Below the pieces are notes generated by a model, which was not told the DNA's origin, made no database searches, and was given only the letters and a program-made list of their open reading frames with translations. Source: an uncultured Gammaproteobacteria bacterium (GTDB lineage Bacteria; Patescibacteriota; Patescibacteriia; DYHP01). From it: DNA of 32,000 nucleotides. The stretch spans positions 1 to 32,000 of the forward strand of contig CAZGDX010000003.1 of NCBI GenBank assembly GCA_964525225.1, in the 5' to 3' direction. Positions 1-9,868 of this stretch are shown here, one piece after another (position 1 is the first letter of the stretch; every line of letters begins with the position of its first letter). A program made the translations under genes and the position numbers.

Positions 1-7
1 AAATCGG

Positions 8-41
8 TTTTCGTAATTTAGTTATTTTCGTAATTTCGTAG
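8..41 (+). repeat. tandem TTTTCGTAATTT motif upstream of prfA
   Basis: ttttcgtaattt at 8-19 and 25-36 (17-nt period), plus tttcgtag at 34-41. The same TTTCGTAAT core occurs as an inverted pair over the gyrB -10 box (7664-7690). Confidence 0.5.
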
Positions 42-43
42 TT

Positions 44-1087
44 ATGGACAAAATCCAAGAAAAACTTAATCGCCTGAAAGAAATAGAAACCGAGCTTCAA
101 AGCGCGGCTGTCTTATCATCCCCTGAAAAACTGACAGCCCTTACAAAAGAATACAACGAGCTGAAGGAATTGGCGGACATTGTTGAAAAAATTGCCGTTT
201 TGAATAAAGCCATATCCGGAGCCGAACAAACTTTAAAAGAAGAGACCGATGAAGACATAAAAGAAATGGCGCGTGAAGAACTTGAAAAACTTGCGAAAGA
301 AAAATCCAAAGCGGACGCGGACTTGAAAGAAATAATCAATCCGAGCGACCCGCTTGATAAAAAAAATATCATCGTGGAAATCCGCGCCGGCACCGGAGGC
401 GACGAAGCCGCGCTTTTTGCCGCGGATTTATTCAGAATGTATTCCCGTTTTGCCGAACGCCAGGGATGGAAAACATCTCTCATCTCTTCAAGTCGCAACG
501 ACCTCGGCGGTTTTAAAGAAATTATTTTTTCCGTTTCCGGAAATAAAGTTTACGGAAATCTGAAGTTTGAAAGCGGGGTGCACCGCGTCCAGCGGGTTCC
601 CGAGACCGAAAAAGCCGGCAGAATTCATACTTCCACGGCCACAGTCGCCGTTCTTCCGGAAGCCGAAGAAATTGATATAAAGATAGAACCGAAAGACATC
701 CGCATTGACACTTTTCTTTCCGGCGGTCATGGCGGACAAAGCGTGCAGACAACCTATTCGGCGGTGCGCATCACTCACCTTGCGTCCGGACTTGTGGTAA
801 CCTGCCAGGATGAAAAATCTCAAACAAAAAATAAAGAAAAAGCAATGGGAGTATTGCGCGCCCGTCTTTTTGCCATTGAACAAGAAAAAAAGATGAACGC
901 TGAAACCGCAGCTCGACGGGCACAAATCGGCGGAGGCGAACGCTCGGAAAAAATCCGCACCTACAATTATCCGCAAGACAGAATCACCGACCACCGCATT
1001 AATGAAAGCTGGCACAATATCCCAAAAATTCTGGATGGAAATATAGAAGAAATGGTCAATTCATTAAGACAAAAACTCGCACTTTAA
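44..1087 (+). CDS. prfA: peptide chain release factor 1
   Basis: 347-aa ORF with the GGQ motif ([10 protein letters not shown]) and the RF1-type P-x-T tripeptide ([17 protein letters not shown]). Class-I RF conservation is visible end to end, and prmC lies nearby. Confidence 0.95.
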   Translation: MDKIQEKLNRLKEIETELQSAAVLSSPEKLTALTKEYNELKELADIVEKIAVLNKAISGAEQTLKEETDEDIKEMAREELEKLAKEKSKADADLKEIINPSDPLDKKNIIVEIRAGTGGDEAALFAADLFRMYSRFAERQGWKTSLISSSRNDLGGFKEIIFSVSGNKVYGNLKFESGVHRVQRVPETEKAGRIHTSTATVAVLPEAEEIDIKIEPKDIRIDTFLSGGHGGQSVQTTYSAVRITHLASGLVVTCQDEKSQTKNKEKAMGVLRARLFAIEQEKKMNAETAARRAQIGGGERSEKIRTYNYPQDRITDHRINESWHNIPKILDGNIEEMVNSLRQKLAL

Positions 1088-1112
1088 AAAATAAAAAACA
1101 CGAGGAGAAAAA

Positions 1113-1295
1113 ATGTCCGAACGGAAAATCTGCACAAAAGAATCGCCGTACAATCCGGAAAAAAAAGTTAAAGGTGAAAGATGGCAGCATCCGGACGCGG
1201 AATTTATTGACAGTGTGGAGGACCCGCCTTATTACTACAGCGTCTACAAATGCCCAATCTGCGGGCTGAAATTCAAAGTGGAACTTCCACAATAA
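1113..1295 (+). CDS. small hypothetical protein (60 aa, possible zinc knuckle)
   Basis: AGGAG Shine-Dalgarno lies 5 nt upstream of the ATG, and a GC hairpin plus T6 follows immediately. C7, H26 and CPIC (C47/C50) could bind a metal. No family recognised. Confidence 0.5.
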   Translation: MSERKICTKESPYNPEKKVKGERWQHPDAEFIDSVEDPPYYYSVYKCPICGLKFKVELPQ

Positions 1296-1303
1296 AATCA
1301 AAA

Positions 1304-1336
1304 CCGCCCCGGCCGAAAGGTGGAGCGGCTTTTTTA
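1304..1336 (+). terminator. rho-independent terminator after the 60-aa ORF
   Basis: GC-rich hairpin ccgccccggcc-gaaa-ggtggagcgg followed by T6. Confidence 0.7.
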
Positions 1337-1393
1337 TTTTCCAAATCCATCTAACACTTTTTTGCTCGTTCGCGCAGTTTAGTGTTTTTTTCT

Positions 1394-1447
1394 AAAACAT
1401 CGTACCAAGAAAGTGCACGAACGCGCAGATTATTGGTACGATGTTTT
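1394..1447. terminator. hairpin between convergent genes (terminator of the tlyA-like gene, possibly bidirectional)
   Basis: Perfect 15-bp inverted repeat aaaacatcgtaccaa/ttggtacgatgtttt with a 24-nt loop. T-tracts follow on both strands. Confidence 0.45.
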
Positions 1448-1451
1448 TATT

Positions 1452-2006
1452 TTATTTTTTTATCCACAAAAGGTATTCCGGATTTCCGCCTTTTTTTCCG
1501 ACAATTGGAGATTTGGTAATTTCTTTTATTTTCATCCCCAATTCTTTTAATTCCTCTTTTACTTTTTCTACTGCCGGCTCTATAAATTCATCTTTTATTG
1601 TTCCGGCCTTCAGCCATTCCTTTTTCGCTTCATAATGCGGTTTTAAAAGCGAGACAATTTCCCCGCCGTCTTTAAGATATTTAAGCGCTTGCGGTAAAAT
1701 CAGTTTTTGCGGAGTCCAGCTTACGTCAATTGATATAAAATCCATAAGTTCAGGAAGCTCTGCGTGAAGCGCATTGGTTCGTTCCATCACCACCACCCGC
1801 GCATCGTTCCGCAGTTTCCAATCCAAAGTGCCGTAACCGGTTTCTATGGCATAAACTTTTTCCGCCCCGCGCTTAAGCATACAATCCACAAAACCGCCGG
1901 TAGAAGCGCCAAAATCAGCGCAAATTTTTCCGGCCACGGAGATTTTGAATTGTTCCAGGGCATATTCCAGCTTCTCTCCCGCCCGCGAGACGAATTTTTC
2001 AGACAT
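1452..2006 (-). CDS. tlyA: TlyA-like FtsJ-type rRNA 2'-O-methyltransferase lacking the N-terminal S4 domain
   Basis: The protein starts at the VSRAGEKLEYAL block that follows the S4 domain in TlyA. SAM motif DFGASTGGFVDCMLKRGAEKVYAIE is present. Length is 184 aa. Confidence 0.75.
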   Translation of the reverse strand: MSEKFVSRAGEKLEYALEQFKISVAGKICADFGASTGGFVDCMLKRGAEKVYAIETGYGTLDWKLRNDARVVVMERTNALHAELPELMDFISIDVSWTPQKLILPQALKYLKDGGEIVSLLKPHYEAKKEWLKAGTIKDEFIEPAVEKVKEELKELGMKIKEITKSPIVGKKGGNPEYLLWIKK

Positions 2007-2047
2007 ATTTTCTTGTTTATATTATTGATTCATTATAACATATAAAC

Positions 2048-2941
2048 ATGACCATAAATCAATCCTTAAACTGGGCGATTAAAGAATTAAAGAAGGCAAA
2101 AATAAACTCCGCGGTTTTGGACGCGGAAGCGCTTTTGGGACTGACTATTAAAAAACCCAAGGAATGGATATTAACTCATCCGGAAGCGGAATTAAAATCG
2201 CAAGAATATAAGAAGCTGATTAAGCGGCGGGTCAAACATGAACCGGTTGCTTATATAATAAAAACAAAAGAATTTTTTGGACTGGAATTTTTTGTTGATA
2301 AAAATGTCCTAATCCCCCGTCCGGAAACCGAGCTGATGGTTGAAAAAGTTTTGGAAATCATAAAGAGCGAAAAGACAAAAAACTTAATAGACATCGGCAC
2401 CGGCTCCGGCTGCATTCCGATTTCTATTTTAAAATGGATTCCCGCCTTCGCGGGAATGACGGCGACGGCGATAGATTATTCTACCAAGGCGCTTCAAGTC
2501 GCGCGGAAAAATGCCGAAAAACATAAAGTGAAAATAAAATTTCTAAAAGGCGATTTGCTTTCACCGATTAAAAAATTACCTAACGGAAAAATTATAATTA
2601 CCGCCAATCTCCCCTATCTTTCGGATTCGCAATACAAAAAACTTTTGCCAGAGATAAAAAAATACGAACCGAAATCGGCGCTCGTCGCGGGAAAAGATGG
2701 GTTGGATTATTACCGCAAACTTCTAACTAATTTAAGCCTAATTATTTTAACCCCTCCCAACCTCCCCTTTAAAAAAATGGGAAGAGAGCGGCGCGGGAAT
2801 GACATTATCACATTACTCGAAATAGACCCGGCGCAAACGAAAAAAATTAAAAAAATCATCAAGAAAATTTTTCCGCGCGCAAAAGTGGAGATACAAAAAG
2901 ATCTCGCGAAGCGAGACCGTTTGGTGATTATAAAAATCTGA
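2048..2941 (+). CDS. prmC: release factor glutamine N5-methyltransferase (HemK/PrmC)
   Basis: SAM motif IDIGTGSGCI is present, and the catalytic tetrapeptide reads NLPY instead of the canonical NPPY. C-terminal DLAKRDRLV block is present. The gene carries two repeat-derived in-frame segments (WIPAFAGMT; TPPNLPFKKMGRERRGND). Confidence 0.9.
   Translation: MTINQSLNWAIKELKKAKINSAVLDAEALLGLTIKKPKEWILTHPEAELKSQEYKKLIKRRVKHEPVAYIIKTKEFFGLEFFVDKNVLIPRPETELMVEKVLEIIKSEKTKNLIDIGTGSGCIPISILKWIPAFAGMTATAIDYSTKALQVARKNAEKHKVKIKFLKGDLLSPIKKLPNGKIIITANLPYLSDSQYKKLLPEIKKYEPKSALVAGKDGLDYYRKLLTNLSLIILTPPNLPFKKMGRERRGNDIITLLEIDPAQTKKIKKIIKKIFPRAKVEIQKDLAKRDRLVIIKI
2435..2460. repeat. palindromic repeat family 1, copy 1 (TGGATTCCCGCCTTCGCGGGAATGAC), in frame in prmC
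   Basis: Stem TTCCCGC/GCGGGAA with CTTC loop, read as WIPAFAGMT. Near-identical copies at 13038-13063 and 21267-21291. Confidence 0.9.
2751..2803. repeat. second repeat-derived segment in prmC, ending in a half-copy of family 1
   Basis: cccctcccaacctcccc...gggaagagag, then cgcgggaatgac (2792-2803), which is identical to the right arm of copy 1. It encodes TPPNLPFKKMGRERRGND where PrmC proteins normally have a short loop. Confidence 0.6.
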
Positions 2942-2942
2942 T

Positions 2943-4025
2943 TTATTTCACTTCCACTTTGTAATTTTTTGGCATCACTTCAATCCAAGTAATTCCGGCG
3001 TTGAATTCTATTTCAACACCAGTATCTTTTCTGTAAAATCTGGTCCGCTCTTCACGGGATGGTTTCTTCCAAACCGCCTCTATTTTTTTGCCGTCAAAAA
3101 ATACCAGCGCTTCGCCTTCGCCGATTGTTTTTATTTCGCGCCTGCCGACCTCGTCCAAAATTTTTATTTCAACAAATTGCGCCGCGATATTTTTCGCGCC
3201 GATTTCATCCCCGGCTTCATCTTTATGAACCGCGCCGTTTTGCCAGCGCGTGTAATCGTTTTTTGCCGGATTATATTTCCAGACAATTAAATGTTCCGGG
3301 CGGTTAAAATCTATAATAATTTCTTGGCTTTCTGGACGTTCGGCGCGGAGCGCGTCGTCTTTAAAAATCCATATTCCAAAATCGCGCGGCAAATATCCCC
3401 TTTCTTCAAAAGTTGTTTTCAAATTTTCCGTTGACGTCAAGAGATTGTGTGGCGACGCGCGTTTCCACGTGCGCCAAAATGTATTCCCGTTCGCGTATTC
3501 ATCAATATGTTTTATTCCCAAATTCGCCGCTTTTTTTAATGCTTCCGGACTTCCGCCGCAATGCGCGATAACAGCATTGATTTCCATTGCCCAGTCAATA
3601 TAATATGGTCTTAGAGAACGCACGGGACCGATTTTTTCCACTTCTTTATTAAGCGGGAAAATCGCCAAAAAACGGGTAATTCCCGCTTCAACCGGCGCTT
3701 CCCAAACAAAAATCGCTTTGGATAATCCCACTGCCGGACGGCTGTCAAAAAAATTATCAATCATCACCGCGGCAAGCGGGGTGTTTTCCGCATCGCGACC
3801 TAAAATTATTTTTTCTCCGCCAAGCGCGCTTCGCTCCGCTTCCGCGACAATTCCGGACGGTTTCGTATTTTCTATTTTTTCTTTTGCGACAAAAACAAAC
3901 ACGGCAAACGCCACGGCATAAACCGCCAAAACGGCTCCTAAAATCAACAAAAATTTATTGCCGAAAATTTCTCGCCGGCAAATTTGTCCCCAAACATATT
4001 TAATATATTTTTTAATTCTAATCAT
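2943..4025 (-). CDS. DUF3048 (YerB-like) membrane-anchored protein
   Basis: N-terminal TM helix, then the characteristic MIDNFFDSRPAVGLSKAIFVWEAPVEAGITRFLAIF block of the DUF3048 family. Confidence 0.75.
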   Translation of the reverse strand: MIRIKKYIKYVWGQICRREIFGNKFLLILGAVLAVYAVAFAVFVFVAKEKIENTKPSGIVAEAERSALGGEKIILGRDAENTPLAAVMIDNFFDSRPAVGLSKAIFVWEAPVEAGITRFLAIFPLNKEVEKIGPVRSLRPYYIDWAMEINAVIAHCGGSPEALKKAANLGIKHIDEYANGNTFWRTWKRASPHNLLTSTENLKTTFEERGYLPRDFGIWIFKDDALRAERPESQEIIIDFNRPEHLIVWKYNPAKNDYTRWQNGAVHKDEAGDEIGAKNIAAQFVEIKILDEVGRREIKTIGEGEALVFFDGKKIEAVWKKPSREERTRFYRKDTGVEIEFNAGITWIEVMPKNYKVEVK

Positions 4026-4040
4026 AAATTTATTCTAACA

Positions 4041-4071
4041 AAAAACCCGCCTTTATTCAAGGCGGGTTTTT
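4041..4071 (-). terminator. rho-independent terminator after rplY
   Basis: aaaaacccgcc-tttattcaa-ggcgggttttt, with a U-tract on either strand. Confidence 0.75.
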
Positions 4072-4079
4072 CTTTATTT

Positions 4080-4754
4080 TTATTTCTTTTCTTTTTCCTC
4101 GTCGCCTTCGGCGGACTCTTCATCTTCTTTCTTCGCGCCCACAACTTCAACTTTGGACACATCCGCTTCCACGGACTTATTCAATTCTTCCATTTCTTCT
4201 TCGCTGCGTGGCTCTGAAACCGTCATAATCACTATCTTGGGGTCGGCTACAAGTTCCATGCCTTCCGGAAGCGCGATATCTTCCGCGCGGATGGCATCTC
4301 CGAATTTCTCAAGTTTTGCGAGGTCAACATCAATTTCTGAAACCAACGCCCCCGGCAAACATTTAACGGCAATGGTATTCATGCTCTTGTTCAAAATACC
4401 GGCAAACTCTTTAACGGCTTTGGATTCTCCGATAAAATTCAAAGGAATATCGGCCTCCAATTTTTCCTTCATATCAATCTGGCGGAAATCCGCATGAGAA
4501 ATTTTCATAGAGAGCGGGTCTCTTTGCGCGTCTTGAATCAGAACTTTTAATGTTTCGCCGCCGACTTCCAAGTCAATAAGAGTGGTTTCGCCAACTTCAC
4601 GGTAAATTTTTTCAAACGAAGAAACCGGAAGAACAATGTGCTTCGGTTCGCTTGATTTTCCGTAAACCACTGCCGGTATAAAACCGTCCCGCCTTAACGC
4701 GTTCGGTTTTTGCCCCGCTTCGCGCGTCACAGCTTTTAAAATTTTTGTTTCCAT
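4080..4754 (-). CDS. rplY: 50S ribosomal protein L25 / general stress protein Ctc
   Basis: N-terminus has ALRRDGFIPAVVYGK, then the long Ctc-type beta domain and an acidic C-terminal tail. Confidence 0.9.
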   Translation of the reverse strand: METKILKAVTREAGQKPNALRRDGFIPAVVYGKSSEPKHIVLPVSSFEKIYREVGETTLIDLEVGGETLKVLIQDAQRDPLSMKISHADFRQIDMKEKLEADIPLNFIGESKAVKEFAGILNKSMNTIAVKCLPGALVSEIDVDLAKLEKFGDAIRAEDIALPEGMELVADPKIVIMTVSEPRSEEEMEELNKSVEADVSKVEVVGAKKEDEESAEGDEEKEKK

Positions 4755-4821
4755 AACTTAGTGAATTTATTTAAACATTATGTCTAACTTAACATATTAT
4801 TGTAATTTAGTCAAGAAGATT

Positions 4822-5907
4822 TCATCTTCTGAGCGCGATGGACTGCAAAATTCCAAACATCGCCATATGCGCCAAAAGCGAGCTTCCGCCATAGCTCAAA
4901 AACGGCAAAGTAAGTCCGGCTACGGGAAAAATACCCAAATTCATCCCGATGTTTACCATTACTTCGGTAAAAATCATAATCGCGACGCCAAGTGAAACAA
5001 GAAAAGCAAAATTATCCCCGCTTTTATAGCCAATCATTAAGGCGCGATACAAAATTACCGCGAAACAACCCAAAATAAAAAGCACCGCCACGAAACCAAG
5101 CTCTTCGGCAATAACCGCGAAAATAAAATCCGTTTGCGCTTCCGGCAAAAACCGCAACTGGCTTTGCGCGCCAAAACCAAGCCCTCTGCCAAAAATTTGT
5201 CCGGAACCGACGGCAATAATGGACTGGATTAAATTATATCCTCTGTTAAACGGATCGCGCGACGGGTCCAAAAAAGTAAGCACGCGCTCCTTCTGATAAT
5301 CGTAAATAAGAAAATTCCATGCTAACACCGAAAATCCAACCAACAAAATTGAAGAAACGACCAAGTGCATTTTTTTAACTCCCAGCACTAGAACAAGACC
5401 GGCCCACAGCGCGAACATCAAAAGCACCGAACCGAAATCCGGCTGAAGAAAAGCTAAAATCATCGGCGCTAAAAAAATCAAAAAACTTTCAACAAGAAGA
5501 CGCTTGCTTTTCCGGCGTTCCAGATTCTTCACAAAAAAACGCGCGGAAATTAAAATCAACGCCAATTTCACAAACTCCACCGGCTGAAAATTTATTCCTC
5601 CCAAAGAAAACCATCCGCTTGTTCCGCGTATGGTTTTACCGAAAAATAAAACCAAAACCAAAAATGATATTCCGATTCCGTAAATAACCCAAGCTGAATC
5701 GCGCCATAAAGTATAATTTAAAAACAATAAAACACAAACCGAAAACAAACCGATAGCCACAAATATCAATTGTTTTTTAAAATACAAAAAATCCAAGTTG
5801 TCTTGAGACAGCGCCACGCTATAAATTGTCGCCAGTCCGATTCCGACCAGCAAAAACACAGCTATAAATAAAACCCAATCAAATTTTCTGAAAAATTCGC
5901 GGTACAT
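4822..5907 (-). CDS. SEDS-family peptidoglycan polymerase (FtsW/RodA/SpoVE)
   Basis: Polytopic membrane protein with PDFGS and LPFLSYGGSSLL signature blocks. RodA and FtsW cannot be told apart by eye. Confidence 0.9.
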   Translation of the reverse strand: MYREFFRKFDWVLFIAVFLLVGIGLATIYSVALSQDNLDFLYFKKQLIFVAIGLFSVCVLLFLNYTLWRDSAWVIYGIGISFLVLVLFFGKTIRGTSGWFSLGGINFQPVEFVKLALILISARFFVKNLERRKSKRLLVESFLIFLAPMILAFLQPDFGSVLLMFALWAGLVLVLGVKKMHLVVSSILLVGFSVLAWNFLIYDYQKERVLTFLDPSRDPFNRGYNLIQSIIAVGSGQIFGRGLGFGAQSQLRFLPEAQTDFIFAVIAEELGFVAVLFILGCFAVILYRALMIGYKSGDNFAFLVSLGVAIMIFTEVMVNIGMNLGIFPVAGLTLPFLSYGGSSLLAHMAMFGILQSIALRR

Positions 5908-5940
5908 AGTACAATCAAATTAGCATATAAGAATAAAAAA

Positions 5941-5964
5941 ATAAACCTCAAATAAGAGGTTTAT
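5941..5964 (-). terminator. rho-independent terminator after the 293-aa membrane protein gene
   Basis: ataaacctc-aaataa-gaggtttat followed by T7 on the minus strand. Confidence 0.6.
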
Positions 5965-5990
5965 TTTAAAAAAATTTAAAATTTCCGCCT

Positions 5991-6872
5991 TTATCTCATA
6001 AATACGCTGTCATCCAAAATATAAATTTCCGGCTGGACTTCAATTTTTGTCACTTGTCCAATATTTTCAATCCAGGTTGACTGCATTTCGCGGATTTCTC
6101 CGGTTTTAAATTCCGCGGCGGTAACATAATTCAATCCGGCAATCGCGGCCCCGCGATACAAAATTATTCTGAATCCAACATTCCAATAATTGAAGGCAGT
6201 CGCGTTTTCAACCTTAAATGAAGCGCGGCTGACGGTTCCCTGCGCAAAAGTTGCCGCCGGAGAAAAATTCGTCTCTGTAATTTTAAAATTCAATCTCTGT
6301 TCCGACCATTGTTTGTAATCTTCTATTTCATGCGCTGGCACTCTCTCCCAAACAACATCCAAAATAGCGAATTTTCCTTGCGGAGAAGCCGACAGCGCCC
6401 GGCCCTGCGGAGGTTTAAATCCCAAATCGGTGATAAATTTGCTTTCTCCCGGCAAAATAAATCCTTCTTTTTCCCCGGTTTTCAAACTTCCGCCGATTGT
6501 GAACTGATACCTGAATTTTGCCGCCCAATCGGCATTGTTATTTTTTATAAAAGCCGCCGAATCGTAGGTCTCCTGGCTTTTTAAAACAAACACACTTCTG
6601 ATTTCAAGCGGGCGCGCCGAAAGCTGGCTGTGGATAAAACTTGTATTTACTGTTTCCTGAAGTAAGGATTCAATTGCTTTTTGCTCGCGCGGGCCGCCGA
6701 TAAACAAAAAATCTATAAAATTATATAAAACATACAGTATTAAAACCGTATCAAATATCAAAAACAAAATTTTTCCAATTTTCTTGAAAAGCGGCTTATT
6801 GGTTGCTAACCAATAGGCCAGTTTTAATTCCTGTTCCGCCGGTTCGTTATTTTGTATTATTTTTTTCGGCAT
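5991..6872 (-). CDS. hypothetical membrane-anchored protein
   Basis: 293-aa ORF with one N-terminal TM segment (ILFLIFDTVLILYVLYNFIDFLFIG) and an extracytoplasmic domain. No family recognised. It has its own terminator at 5941-5964. Confidence 0.6.
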   Translation of the reverse strand: MPKKIIQNNEPAEQELKLAYWLATNKPLFKKIGKILFLIFDTVLILYVLYNFIDFLFIGGPREQKAIESLLQETVNTSFIHSQLSARPLEIRSVFVLKSQETYDSAAFIKNNNADWAAKFRYQFTIGGSLKTGEKEGFILPGESKFITDLGFKPPQGRALSASPQGKFAILDVVWERVPAHEIEDYKQWSEQRLNFKITETNFSPAATFAQGTVSRASFKVENATAFNYWNVGFRIILYRGAAIAGLNYVTAAEFKTGEIREMQSTWIENIGQVTKIEVQPEIYILDDSVFMR

Positions 6873-6920
6873 AAAATACTACACCCGAAATTACTTCTTT
6901 ATATATTATACAATAAAAAA

Positions 6921-6946
6921 AGGCGGTTTCCAAATGGAAACCGCCT
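6921..6946 (-). terminator. rho-independent terminator after the metzincin gene
   Basis: aggcggtttcc...ggaaaccgcct followed by T7 on the minus strand. Confidence 0.75.
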
Positions 6947-6969
6947 AATTATCAACAGAAACCGTGAAA

Positions 6970-7545
6970 TCACGGACATTCGTATTCTCGGCAAAACAAA
7001 TCAACATCATATTCTGTAACTTCAGCCGGCTCGGGCCAGTTTGAAGCCAAATTAATGTTCATAATGGAATCTTCATTATTATGATCAAACCTCAACACGT
7101 GACCTAGTTCATGCAACGCAATTTCATTCAATCTCCAATAATAATAATTTTCTGATTCTACCAGACCTTCTTCCACAATCAGTTCCCAATCATAATTAAA
7201 ATAATACCACAAAACAACGACGTCTTCGTAATGATGCGTAAAAGCTGCTGCTTCCACTTCATAATCTTGCATAATTTCTTTTTCAATCTCTCTGATAAAT
7301 TTGCTGGAATTCAATGCTTTGTAAATAATTATGCGGCCATCATTATCATCATCTTCGGTAAACACCGTGTCCAACCTTCCCATATAAGTAAAAACATCAA
7401 CTCCGGTGGCGTTATTCCATTCATTCATCGCGGCGAGAATCGCCGTTTCTTCTCTTTCATCCCAATTTTCATCAAGATAAATTTCAATCGGAAGATTAGG
7501 GGCGCAACCGCAAAAAACCGCAAAAATAATGATGGCTTTTTTCAT
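6970..7545 (-). CDS. metzincin (matrixin-like) zinc metalloprotease lipoprotein
   Basis: Lipobox signal MKKAIIIFAVFCGC. Zinc site HELGHVLRFDH fits HExxHxxxxxH and is followed by a Met-turn candidate (DSIM). The conserved Gly of HExxHxxGxxH is Arg here. Confidence 0.7.
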   Translation of the reverse strand: MKKAIIIFAVFCGCAPNLPIEIYLDENWDEREETAILAAMNEWNNATGVDVFTYMGRLDTVFTEDDDNDGRIIIYKALNSSKFIREIEKEIMQDYEVEAAAFTHHYEDVVVLWYYFNYDWELIVEEGLVESENYYYWRLNEIALHELGHVLRFDHNNEDSIMNINLASNWPEPAEVTEYDVDLFCREYECP

Positions 7546-7648
7546 TTTCCGTCTTTCCTTTCTTGTTTTGATTGTTAACGAACATTAGAACATTATAATA
7601 TATCACATTTTTTAAAAAATGTCAATAGGTGACTAATTTTACAGGGAA

Positions 7649-7677
7649 TTGCCTAAAATTGGCTTTCGTGATATAAT
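7649..7677 (+). promoter_or_regulatory. predicted sigma70-type promoter of gyrB
   Basis: TTGCCT, 17 nt, TATAAT, with extended -10 (TGaTATAAT). It lies 90 nt upstream of the ATG and is overlapped by the inverted repeat tttcgtgat/attacgaaa. Confidence 0.5.
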
Positions 7678-7694
7678 TATTACGAAATTTATGA

Positions 7695-9782
<2,088 letters not shown>

Positions 9783-9789
9783 ACGGGGC

Positions 9790-9818
9790 TTGACAAATAA
9801 TCCTGCTTATTATATAAT
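9790..9818 (+). promoter_or_regulatory. predicted consensus promoter of the secE-nusG-rplK-rplA cluster
   Basis: Perfect TTGACA, 17 nt, TATAAT. Confidence 0.7.
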
Positions 9819-9837
9819 CAAAATAGAAAAAATAAAG

Positions 9838-9855
9838 CCCCCGAGAGGGGGTTTT
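9838..9855 (+). terminator. short GC hairpin with GAGA loop and U4, located between promoter and secE
   Basis: ccccc-gaga-ggggg-tttt. It may terminate gyrB read-through, attenuate the secE-nusG leader, or both. Confidence 0.45.
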
Positions 9856-9868
9856 AAAAACGAATTTT

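Noticed and set aside
488-1015. Long antisense or alternative-frame ORFs in the ORF track, for example 488..1015(-), 8606..8989(-), 11291..11821(-), 22078..22887(+), 22929..23486(+), 23514..24005(+), 26638..27105(+) and 29016..29489(+).
   Set aside because: Each lies entirely within or opposite a confidently identified conserved gene (prfA, gyrB, rplA, thrS, dnaE and others). They have low-complexity, Phe/Ser/Leu-rich translations with no motifs and no Shine-Dalgarno. They are typical shadow ORFs of AT-rich coding DNA.
1460-1468. Perfect DnaA-box 9-mer TTATCCACA inside the 3' end of the tlyA-like gene.
   Set aside because: It is a single isolated hit within coding sequence in an AT-rich genome, so an occasional chance occurrence is expected. 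Nearby there are no companion boxes and no AT-rich unwinding element beyond ordinary terminator T-tracts.
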